Made by a program: the position numbers and the translations under genes. Shown one piece after another: positions 1 through 11,900 of a DNA stretch of 64,000 nucleotides. The stretch's first letter is position 1; each line of letters opens with the position of its first letter. The stretch covers positions 1,612,001-1,676,000 of the forward strand of contig NC_043003.1 in the NCBI RefSeq assembly GCF_006345805.1, given 5' to 3'. The notes under the pieces are model-generated. The model was given only the letters and a program-made list of their open reading frames with translations, ran no database searches and was not told the DNA's origin. This stretch comes from Octopus sinensis (Eukaryota).

Positions 1-1190
1 ACATAATATATTATCAAATTTCTTCATGGCTCCTTTGTATACTCTGATCCTTTCTTTATGACTGTAACCTGAGAACTGCATGCGGTGAATGAAATATCGT
101 ATGTGTTTCTTTAACTCTGTAGGCTCGCACATGCGTGACACATTTCTTATTATTCTGACGAGGTCTGCCATCAAAATATTGAATTTGGCATTGTCCGCAA
201 TGGCTGAGTTCCGGTGGATCAAGTATTTTGAGGCCATAAGTTTGGCATAGTACGAATGAAGGATTTGGGTTTTATTATTCACAGTTTCTAGCCAGAGTTC
301 TGTGTCTAGTACTGGTAGTCTATGGTTGGGTTGTTTAGTGGGGTAGTCTATTGTGACCTTAATACTCTGGTGGATGGAGTTAGCTATTTGCAGGATGCTC
401 TCTATAGTATTAGTTTCTATTACTATATCAACATTACTCTCTTGTGGAGGTGCCTTTACCACTATGCTGATATCATCAACATAGCGAGAGTACATGTTTA
501 CGAGTATGGAGTTCTGTGTTAGGCGTTCTTTAAGCCTTCTGTCCCACCATACCATGAAAAGGTTGGCCACATCACCAGCGATACTAACGCCGATGGCTGC
601 CCCCTTGTCTTGGGCATATATTTTATTGTTAAACTTAAACGTGTGGCCTTTTAGGGTAACTCTTATACTAGCTCCTAGTGCATATGCGATCATTTTCTTT
701 ACCTGATGGACATTTGCGGGGCTCCGTATGGCTCTGGTCCATCCGCGCCATCTCTCTATATGGGTCTTCCTAGCCATAGAAGTAATTGTGGGCGGTCTAC
801 CTCTTAAACATCTACTGGGGCAAAAACTACTAAGACTATGTTTATCTAGGTATTCATTGTCACATGTCAGTCTAAGTAGGAGGCCCAGTTCCTCTGTGTT
901 GACATTGCGGAACTCCACCTTGCTCTCGTTGATCATCTCCTCGCACTTCTCCACCGCAAAATCTACGTCGATCGATGGGTATAGGGATACCACATCCATG
1001 CTACTCACCATACATCCTGTCAGGTCACAAGTGTTGTTACAGTCATCGATCCTGCTGAGGAGATCTTCCGTGCTGTCACAAACATCAGGTGACATCCGGA
1101 TTATAGGGCGTATGGTCATTGAGAGGAAGTAGGAGATTCTGTAGTTGCTAGCGATATTCGCTCCACAGACTGGTCTTGTTGGTGGTCCTG
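1..1190 (-). mobile_element. Penelope-like element (PLE) reverse-transcriptase region, disrupted; continues beyond window start
   Basis: Manual minus-strand translation gives PLE-type RT motifs SMDVVSLYPSI (~1005-970), QDKGAAIGVSIAGDVANLFM (~612-555), YSRYVDDI (~495-470) and thumb-region NHRLPVLDTELWLET (~330-285). An in-frame stop and a frameshift near 520 explain why no ORF is listed. Confidence 0.85.
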
Positions 1191-2011
1191 CTATTATTAT
1201 TATTATTATTACTAGTATTGTTGTTATACATACATACATACAAGCATACGTAATGATAATAATATGTGGATATAAACACATGAACAAAATAAGAATAAAC
1301 AACAACAACAAAAACAAATTACATAAACGTATATAAACAGAAGATACAAAGATTACAGGCACCCCCCCACACACACACACACTAAATAAACATAGACACA
1401 CATAGAGATATACGCATGCGCAAATGAAGACATACAATAGAAATACAAAATGGCTGATGGTTAGTAAGGAGAGACACAAATAAGTAAGAAGAAAACAAAG
1501 GACCACTGATGCGGTCACAGGAGTGTGACGAAAGAACTTTGGCCGAAATAAGATTAAGATTAATGTAAAAAATAAATAACACTGAAGCAAAATAACACCA
1601 AATATATAGTGCGTGTGTTTTTATTGGCTAAACTGGCAAAATGACCATCCGAAATATAACAATATCTGTTTCAAAACACGACTTCACATAAAAAATCTTG
1701 CATAACAAATATATAAACGTATATATATTAGATTAGAGATAAAACCACTATTAGGCAAATCAAACAGTGAAAAACATAAACCAAAACATAGAAATAAAAT
1801 TAATTAATATAATATAGAAAATATATAAAATATAAAATTCAAAATTTAAATTATTTAAAGTTAAAATTTAAAAAATTTTAAATTATTAATTTATACTTAT
1901 AAATTTATATGTATATATATATATTTATTTATTTTTATTATTATTTTAATTTTTTTTAAATAAATATAACTATCAAAAAGTATTAAAAAGTTTAATATAA
2001 GATAAAAAGTA

Positions 2012-2113
2012 AAACCACTACGATCGTTTCATGCCCATAACCTAATTCGAATAACAATAATTTAAATTCAAATTATAATTCGAATTATAGTTATAGTCAG
2101 TCTTCAGGTTAAT
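2012..2113 (-). ncRNA. Degenerate type I hammerhead ribozyme motif (PLE pLTR-type)
   Basis: Minus strand reads CTGAAGA, a long imperfect helix II (tgactataac...gttatgggca), then GAAAC-GATC-GTA. Helix III ACGATCGT is palindromic. Helix I pairing is poor. Confidence 0.55.
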
Positions 2114-2445
2114 GATAATATTTAAATAAATAATCAAATATATTTAAACAATATTTTTTTAAGAAATAAATAAAATAATAATTTTTCTTATAAAAAACTC
2201 TATTATCAAACTAGAAACTTTAACGATTATGAATACGTCATACAATTGATTATAATGTTAAATATTAATTTTTAAGTATAAATTTTTAAGGTAAGAAACC
2301 CACAAATAATCTAATCTCAGTTATAGTCAATATCTAATTACCTAAATATTTTTTTAAAAATCACTATTCATATTATTAAATTTAATTTCAAGTCAAATAA
2401 TTATATAATATTTGAATAATAACTAAATTATCAATGAATATATAT

Positions 2446-3326
2446 TGTTACGGACCACCTGCCATCGCTCAAACTCTTCGGGAAAAACCCGGCCTCCTAC
2501 CAAGTCAAACGACGGCGATTGACCGGCTCGATCGATCGGGGTAAGTTCGCCACGGAAAGAGAGAGAACTCGGCGGGGAAGAATGGCAGCAGCGAAACCGG
2601 TGACCGGAGATACCAAACAACAACAACAGTAGGAAGAGACACAAAGAGAGATGGCGGAAGGCAATTGGCTACATTTAACAACGGTTTATACAATTATACA
2701 GTTCATAGACAAATAAGTTCAGATCAAATCAAAACAACGATACATCAGGTATACAACAAATCAAGCATTTAAAGAAAACAACAAATCAATACGTTATACA
2801 ATGTTCAAATCACATTAATGTTCACGATACAGTTCAAAGTCTTTCTCCTTCTTTTAAAGTCTCTTTAGCACTGTTCTTTCTTTTCGACAAGTCTTTTACT
2901 TAATTCACATATCAATTCTTTTACATTTCAACACAACTCAACAACACATACCGTTTCAATTCCTTCTATCCGCCATAATCCCTCTGTGTATGTCTTTCTC
3001 AACCTCTCATCCTCTCACTGTCTGCCTGTCGTTCTCAACACTGTCACTGTCACTCTCTCTCCTAGTTCTGTAATACCATCTGTCTGTCTTCCCCTACGCC
3101 GTGGCCGCCTCAAGCCGTAATCCCATCTGCCTTGTTACCACCTCAGTTTCTCCGGCCGACTGACCCACAGACTCACAGCTCCTGCTTTTTATAGGGTAGT
3201 TTCCTTGACCGACAAAAGGGTAGTGGTCTTTCCAAAAGCCATCACTCTTTCGTCAATCTGACAGAACAAAGGACAATAACTTTAGATTGTAGACTTCCAG
3301 ACTCCAAGCCAGCAAAGTAGGTCACA
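2446..3326 (-). mobile_element. Possible solo LTR (~880 bp) inserted in AT-rich DNA
   Basis: GC-richer island with TGTTAC...GTCACA termini and a minus-strand TATAAAA at ~3187-3193. No target-site duplication is visible. Confidence 0.35.
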
Positions 3327-4654
3327 GAAGTTGTTTTTATGGATTGACCTACTCGTATCAATATGAATGTATATAAATATAAGAATAAAGATCTAAAATT
3401 ATCTCTATCAATAAATATATATGCACGTATAATAAAGACCTAAAAAATTAATCATTCATTATTACTTATAAATATATTAAAAGATTAAAGATGAAAAAGC
3501 TAATTGTAAACAAACAAACAAACTATCTTAAAAGAATGCTATAACTAATTAACGATCCATATATCTCATTGGCTAATTAATAACTTACAAAAACCGTATA
3601 GTTAAGAACTAAAATGAAATAAAAAATACTTAATGAAATAATCAATCCGTAGTTATATAGTATCCAATAAATACTACGAATATATTTATCAATGGAAAAA
3701 ATACTACTACCAATTATCAATTGAAAAAAGCAATATATAAGTTATAATAACAATTATAAAATATTTAAAATAACTATCAACAAATATAGTTATTTAAGAC
3801 TAAAATTTATGCTATCAATACATGTATATACATGAAACCTAACTTTAAAAAACCTCGTATAAATGTTAACGATCTATACATCTCTTTAAATAAGTAAAGT
3901 CTTACGAATAAACGTAGAGTTAAAATCTAATAATTATATAGAAAAAACTACGATAACTAAATCATTACATAACAATCAGTATTTATATAAAATACAAAAT
4001 TATACAAAAAGACTTATTAAAATATTTAAATTTTAAAATTTAATAATCTTAAATATAAATATATACTTAGCTTTACGAGGTTTTGTAATGAACTAAAATT
4101 TAAAATCGGAAAACGTCTTTTCAGCGTTTATAAGAATACTCGTGGAATTACGTTATTAACAAAAAAAGAATAAATTGTTGAAGAATTCTTTAACAGTGAA
4201 GAACTACAAATACGTGGTGTCTGAGTATGTATGTGTCCGAGTGTTGAATCTTAAAGGCCAGCTAAGGAGAATCATATGTGTAACCAACCATGAAGAACAA
4301 ATCAACAGTATAAAGAAATAAAATATCAATCTCTTTAATATATATATATATATACACGGATATGCAGGGACGGTCCTAAGAGCGCAAGTATACACGCGTA
4401 TGCAAATATACGTCAAAAGCATATAACACACAAACAAACGCACATACTTAGATACAAATACACATACACATATTGACACAGACAAATATATTTACATGTG
4501 TTTAAAGTACGGATGCTGATCACTTTCATGAATCTCCTACACAACGTAAAACCAGCTTGAGACGGGTTTAAAAGAAAAACATTTGAATTTAGAATTGTAA
4601 AGTGCGTATGCATTTAAGTAAAATAATTATATACACATATAGACACTCGCGTCG

Positions 4655-4684
4655 ATATATATATACATATATCTATGATATACA

Positions 4685-4756
<72 letters not shown>

Positions 4757-5146
4757 TTTTATGCTTTTAGTTTTTCGTAAGTTTCAGCCCTAAATTGAAT
4801 ATTAAGAAATACTTAACTTTTACACACACACACACACACACACATACACACACACACATATTAGTTAAACAAGGAAACTGAAACTTCGGCGTCACTGACA
4901 AAGTAAATGTTGATCCTTATGTAATCTGCTAAAATTGATTTTAATAGATAATTGATTTTATAAATGATAACTTCTCATGGAAAACATATACACATACATA
5001 CATACATCCATTCATACACACACATACATACATACATACATGCAAATACATACATACATACATACATACATACATACGTGCAAACATATGCACACATATA
5101 CACACATACATATATATGTATATTTATATAGATAGATAGATGTACG

Positions 5147-5207
<61 letters not shown>

Positions 5208-5268
5208 TGTGTATAAATGTATATATATATATGCATGTATATATATATGTGTATATATATATATATAT
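4655..5268. repeat. (TA)n, (CA)n and (TACA)n microsatellite cluster
   Basis: Direct inspection of simple repeats. Confidence 0.95.
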
Positions 5269-5646
5269 GAATAAATAAACGGAGTTTAACGCAGGTGTAA
5301 ATCAAATATTTTTACTTTCGACACATGTTTCGAAAATTCCACTGATACTATTCAAAAGAATAAATAGTATAAACAATGCAATCTTCTCCTCAGCTACTTA
5401 TGACGTTATATCATATAACGTTTTTTTAAACAATATTAATAGCGTTCTGTCTATCGCTATACAAATCCATCATTTTTTGCTAAAATGTCTTATTGACGAG
5501 TCTCGCTTTTTCACTTTCCTGAGAAGATTGCATTGTTTATACCATTTATTCTTTTGAATAGTATCAGTGGAATTTTCGAAACATGTGTCGAAAGTAAAAA
5601 TATTTGATTTACACCTGCGTTAAACTCCATTTATTTATTCATATAG
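5263..5646. mobile_element. PLE-type inverted terminal remnant: ~130-bp inverted arms, each with a hammerhead motif
   Basis: 5263-5393 is the near-exact reverse complement of 5519-5646. Both arms hold helix II plus GAAAC-ATGT-GTC. The right arm has helix I (actttc/gaaagt) but a 3-nt core deletion. The left arm has the intact CTGAGGA core but no matching helix I strand. Confidence 0.7.
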
Positions 5647-5702
5647 ATTTATGTTATGGCTAAAAATAGACTTTTAGGTGGCTGCTGCTGCTGCTTTCTG
5701 TG

Positions 5703-5741
5703 TATATATAGAGTGAATTCTGGTTTACTACTACAGTCAAG
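5703..5741 (+). promoter_or_regulatory. TATA-like box plus CAGT initiator-like motif just upstream of ATG 5742
   Basis: TATATATA 5703-5710, CAGT 5734-5737, ATG 5742. The spacing is typical of a core promoter, but TA runs are common in this genome. Confidence 0.3.
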
Positions 5742-5846
5742 ATGCCTCACCATCCACGATACACCAGATTCTGCTTTACACTTAACTATGACGATGTCGA
5801 CGTTTATAGACTTCAGCATATGCAGCATATTCGTTATATGGTTTTT
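5742..5846 (+). pseudogene. Truncated CRESS-DNA-virus-like Rep N-terminus (candidate endogenous viral element)
   Basis: MPHHPRYTRFCFTLNY-(13 aa)-IRYMVF resembles the RCR motif I region of circovirus-like Rep (RWxFTLNN...YhhhGxE). Similarity stops before motif II (xHxQG), where the sequence turns into low-complexity AATTTT repeats. Confidence 0.45.
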
Positions 5847-5934
5847 CGAAAATTTTCACTGAAAATTCAACCGAAAAATTTTCACCAACAATTTTTAGAA
5901 AATTTTTGCCGAAAATTTTACCAAAATTTTACGC

Positions 5935-8900
5935 GAAAGAGATCAAAGATGGTGCAAACATAAATCAAAGTGGGTGCCGATATAGATGAAAGAGGGTGCC
6001 GACAGATATCGAAGATGCTACCGACAGAGATCAAAGACGGTAACAAAAGAGATCAAAGAGGGTGCCGACATAGATCAAAGAGTCTGCCGACGGTGATCAA
6101 AGGCGGTACCGACAGAGATCAAAGAGGTTCCCGAAAGAGATCAAAGGAGAGTGTTGACAGATATCAAAGTGGGTGCCGACAGAGATCAAAGATGGTGCCG
6201 ACAGAGATCAAAGAGGGTGCCGACAGAGATCAAAGACGGTCCCGAAAGAGATCAAAGATGAGTGTTGAGAGATAGATATTAAAGAGGAGTGTCGACAGAG
6301 ATCTAAGATGCTGCCGACATAGATCAAAGAGGGTAGTGACAGAGATCAAAGACGGTGCCGAAAAAGATCAAAAAGGGTGCCGAAAGATGTCAAAGAGCCT
6401 GCCGACAGAAATCAGAGAGGGTGACGACAGAGATCAAAGACGGTGCCGAAAGAGTTCAAAGACGGTCCCGAAAGAGATCATAGAGGGTGCCGTCAGAGAT
6501 CAAAGTGCGTGCCGACAGAGATTAGAGATCAAAGAGGGTGCCGACAGAGATCAAAGAGGGTACCGATAGAGATCAAAGATGAGTGCCGACAGAAATCAAG
6601 GAGGAGTACCGACAGAGATCTAAGAGGAGTATGCCGACAGAGATCAACGAGGAGTGCCGACAGATGTCAAAGAGGAGTATCGACAGAGTACCGACAGTGA
6701 TTAAAGAGGAATGCCGACAGAGATCCGAGAGGAGTACCGACAGAGACCAAACATGAATGCCGACAGAGATCAAAGTGTAATGCCGACAGAGATTAAAGAG
6801 GAGTTCCAACAGAGATCAAAGAGGAGTACCGACAGAGATCAAAGAGGAGTACCGACAAAGATCAAAGAGGAATGCCGACATAGATCAAAGAGGAGTACCG
6901 ACGGAGATCAAAGAGGAGTACCGACAGAGATCAAAGTGGAATGCCGACAGAGATCAAAGAGGAATACCGATAGAGATCAAAGATGAGTGGGAACAGAGAT
7001 CAAAGAGGAGTACCGAAAGAGATCAAAGAGGAATGCCGACATAATTCAAAGAGGGATGCCGACAGTGATCAAAGAGGAATACTGACGGAGATCAAAGAGG
7101 GATGTCGACAGAGATCAAAGAGGAGTACCAACAGAGATCAAAGAGGGTGCCGACAGAAATCAAAGAGGAGTATCGACAGAGTACCGACATAGATCAAAAA
7201 GGAATGCCGACACAGATCAAAGAGGAGTACCGACAGAGATCAAAGAGGAGTGCCGACAGAAATCAAAGAGGAGTGCCGACAGAGATCAAAGAGGAGTGCC
7301 GACTGAGATCAAAGAGGAGTACCGACATAGATCAAAGATGAATGCCGAGATACATCAAAGAGGACTGCCAACATAGATCAAAGAGGAATGCCGACAGAGA
7401 TCAAAGAGGAATGCCGACAGAGAACAAAGAGGAGTACCGAAGGAGATCAAAGAGGAATGCCGACATAGATCAAAGAGGAATACCGACGGAGATCAAAGAG
7501 GAATGCCGACATAGATCAAAAAGGAATGTCGACAGAGATCAAAGGGGAATGCCGACAGAAATCAGAGGAGTACCAGCAGAGATCAAAGAGGAATGCCGAC
7601 AGAAATCAGAGGAGTAACGAAAGAGATCAAAGAGGAATGCCGACAGAAATCAGAGGAGTAACGAAAGAGATCAAAGAGGAATGCCGACATAGTTCAAAGA
7701 GGAATACTGACGGAGATCAAAGAGGGATGTCGACAGAGATCAAAGAGGAGTGCCGACAGAGATAAAAAAGGAGTGCCGACTGAGATCAAAGAGGAGTACC
7801 GACATAGATCAAAGATGAATGCTGACAGAGATCAAAGAGGAGTAACGAAAGAGATCAAAGATGAATGCCAACAGTGATCAAAGAGGAGTACCAACAGAGA
7901 TCAAAGAGGGGCGCCGAGAGAAATCAAAGAGGAGTATCGACAGAGATCAAAGAGGATTGCCGACATAGATCAAAGAGGAGTGTCGACAGATGTCAAAGAG
8001 GTGTATTGACAGAGTACCGACATAGATCAAAGAGGAATGCTGACAGAGATCAAAGAGGTGTGACGACAGAGATCAAAGAGGAATGCCGACAGAGATCAAA
8101 GAGGAATGCCGACAGAGATCAAAGAGGAGAACCAACAGAGATCAAAGAGGAATGCCGACAGAGATCAAAGAGGAATGCCGACAGAGATCAAAGAGGAATG
8201 CCGACAGAGATTAAAGAGGAATGCCGACAAAGAACAAAAAGGAATGCCGATATAGATCAAAGAGGAGTACCGACAGTGATCAGAGAGGAATGTCGACTGA
8301 GATCAAAGATGAATGCCGAGAGAAATCAAAGAGTTGTGCCGACAGAGACCAAAGAGGAGTGCCGACAGATGACAAAGAGGAGTATCGACAGAGAACACAC
8401 ATAGATCAAAGAGGAACACCGACATAGGTCAAAGAGGAATGCCAACAAAGATCAAAGAGGAATGCCGACAGAGATCAAAGAGGAATGCCGACAGAGATCA
8501 AAGAGGAGTGCCGACAGAGATCAAAGAGGAGTACCGACAGAGATCAAAGAGGAATGCCGACAGAAATCAGAGGAGTACCGACAGAGATCAAAGAGGAATG
8601 CCGACCGAGATCAAAGAGGAGTACCGAAAGAGATCAAAGAGGTGTTCTGACAGATATCAAAGAGGAATGCCGACAGAGATCAAAGAGGAGTGCCGACAGA
8701 GATCAAAGAGGAGTGCCGACGGAGATCAAAGAGGAGTATCGACATAAATCAAAGAGGAATGCCGAAAGAGATCAAAGAGGAATGCTGGCAGATATCAAAG
8801 AGGAGTACCGATAGAGATCAAAGATGAGTACCGACATAGATCAAAGAGGAATGCCGACAGATATCAAAGAGGAGTACCGATAGAGATCAAAGAGGAATGC

Positions 8901-11900
8901 CGACCGAAATCAAAGAGGAGTACCACTTGAGATCAAAGAGGAGGGCCGACAAAGATCAAAGAGGAGTACCGACATAGATCAAAGAGGAATGCCGACAGAG
9001 ATCAAAGAGGAATGCCGACAGAGATCAAAGAGGAATGCCGACAGAGATCAAAGAGGAATGCCGACAGAGATCAAAGAGGAGTGCCGACAGAGATCAAAGA
9101 GGAATGCCGACAGATATCAAAGGAGTACCGACAGAGATCAAAGAGGAATGCCGACCGAGATCAAAGAGGAGTACCGAAAGAGATCAAAGAGGTGTTCTGA
9201 CAGATATCAAAGAGGAATGCCGACAGAATCAAAGAGGAGTGCCGACAGAGATCAAAGAGGAGTGCCGACGGAGATCAAAGAGGAGTACCGACATAAATCA
9301 AAGAGGAATGCCGAAAGAGATCAAAGAGGAATGCCGACAGATATCAAAGAGGAGTACCGATAGAGATCAAAGAGGAGTACCACTTGAGATCAAAGAGGTG
9401 GGCCGACAAAGATCAAAGAGGAGTACCGACAGAGATCAAAGAGGAATGCCGACCGAGATCAAAGAGGTGTACAAACAGAAATCAAAGAGGAATGCCGACA
9501 GATATCAAAGAGGAATGCCGACAGAGATCAAAGAGGAATGCTGACAGAGATCAAAGAGGAGTACCGACAGAGATCAAAGAGGAGTGTCGACAGATGTCTA
9601 AGAGGAGTATCGACAGGGCACCGACAGAGATTAAAGAGGAATGCCGACAGAGATCATAGAGAATACCGACAGAGATCAAAGAGGGGTACCGACCAGGATC
9701 AAAGAGGAATGCCGACAGAGATCAAAGAGGAGTGCCGACAGAGATCAAAGAGAGGTACCGACAGATATCAAAAAGGAATGCCGACTGAAAACAAAGAGGA
9801 ATGCCGACAGAGATCAAAGAGGAATGCCGACAGAGATCAAAGAGGAATGCCGACAGAGATCAAACAGGGGTACCGACAGAGATCAAAGAGTAATGCCGAC
9901 AGAGATAAAAGAGGAATGCCGACAGAGATCAAAGAGGAATGCCGACAGAGATCAAAGAGGAATGCCGACAAAGATCAAAGAGGAGTACTAACAGAGATCA
10001 AACAGGGGTACCGACAGAGATCAAAGAGGAATGCCGACAGAGATCAAAGAGGAATGCCGACATAGATCAAAGAGGAGTACTAACAGAGATCAAAGAGGAA
10101 TGCCGACTGAGATCAAAGAGAGGTACCGACAGATATCAAAGAGGAATGCCGACTGAAAACAAAGAGGAATGCCGACAGAGATCAAAGAGGAATGCCGACA
10201 GAGATCAAACAGGGGTACCGACAGAGATCAAAGAGGAATGCCGACATAGATCAAAGAGGAGTACCGACAGAGATCAAAGAGGAATGCCGACAGAGATCAA
10301 AGAGGAATGCCGACAAAGATCAAAGAGGAGTACCGACAAAGATCAAAACGGAGTACCGACAGATATCAAAGAGGAATGCCGACAGAGATCAAAGAGGAGT
10401 ACCGACAGAGATCAAAGAGGAGTATCGACAAAGATCAAAGCGGAGTACCGACAGAGATCAAAGAGGAATGTCGACAGAAATCAAAGAGGAGTACCGACAG
10501 AGATCAAAGAGGAATGCCGACAGAGATCAAAGAGGAATGTCGACAGAGATCAAAGAGTGTGCCGACAGAGATCAAAGAGGAGTGTTGACATACATCAAAG
10601 AGGATGCTGACAGAGATCAAAGACGGTGCCAAAAGAGATCAAAGATGGTGTCGAAAGAGATCAAAGAGGGTGTCGACAGAGATCAAAGAGTGTGCCGACA
10701 GGGATCAAAGAACGAGCTTAAAGAATGATGACAGTGATCAAAGTGGAGAGTTAACAGAGATCAAAAAGGGCGCCGACAGAGGTCAAATAGCCTGCCGATA
10801 GAGATCAAAGAGCGTCCCGACATAGATCAAAGATGGTGCTTACAGAGATCAAAGAGGGTGCCGAAAGAGATCAAAGACGGTGCCGAAAGTGATCAAAGAC
10901 GGTGCCGAAAGAGATCAAAGAGTGTGCCGACAGATCAAATATGGTGCCGACAGAGATCAAAGAGGGTGCCGACAAAGATCAAAGAGGCTGCCGACAGAGA
11001 GTAAAGAGGGAGCCAACAGAGATAAAAGAGCCTGTCGACAGAGATCAAAGGCGGTGCCGAAAGAGATCAAAGATGGTGCCGAAAGAGATCAAGGAGCCAG
11101 CCGACGGTGATCAAAGACGGTACCGACAGAGATCAAAGAGGTTCCCGAAAGAGATCAAAAAGGAGTATTGACAGAGATCAAATTGGGCGCCGAGAGAGAT
11201 CAAAGAGGGTGCTGACATAGATCAAAGATGATACCGACAGAGATTAAAGGGGACTGCCGACAGAGATCAAAGAGCGTGCCGACGGAGATCAAAGACGGTG
11301 TCGACATATATCAAAGATGGTGCCGACAGAGATCAAAGATGGTACCGACAGAGATTAAAGGGGACTGCCGACAGAGATCAAAGAGCGTGCCGACATACAT
11401 CAAAGGGGGCGCCGACAGAGGTCAAAGAGCCGGTCGAAAGAGGGTGCAGAAAGAGATCAAAGAGAATGCCGACAAAGATCAAAGAGCGGGTCAACAGAGA
11501 TTAAGAATGGGCTCCGATAGAGGTCAAAGAGCCTGCCGAGAGATATCAAAGGGGGTGTTGACAGAGATCAAAGAGCGTGCCGGCAGAGATCACAAAGGAG
11601 TGTCGACAGAGATCAAATAGCCTGCCGATAGAGATCAAAGAGAGTTTTTGTAAAATCTCAGAAAATAATTAAAAATTCACATTTTTTATCAAATTATTTT
11701 GAGATCAAAGAGTGTGCCGACAAAGATCAATGAGTGTGCCGACAAAGATCAAAGAGGGTGCCGACAAAGATTAAAGATGGTGCGGGCAGGGATAAAGAGC
11801 CTGTCGACAGAGATGAAAGACGGTGCCGACATTGATCAAGGATGGTGCCGACAGAGATCAAAGAGGGTGCAGACAGAGATCAAAGAGTGTGCCGAAAGAT

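Noticed and set aside
322-1132. Plus-strand ORFs 322-522, 494-706 and 728-1132
   Set aside because: Antisense shadows of the minus-strand PLE RT.
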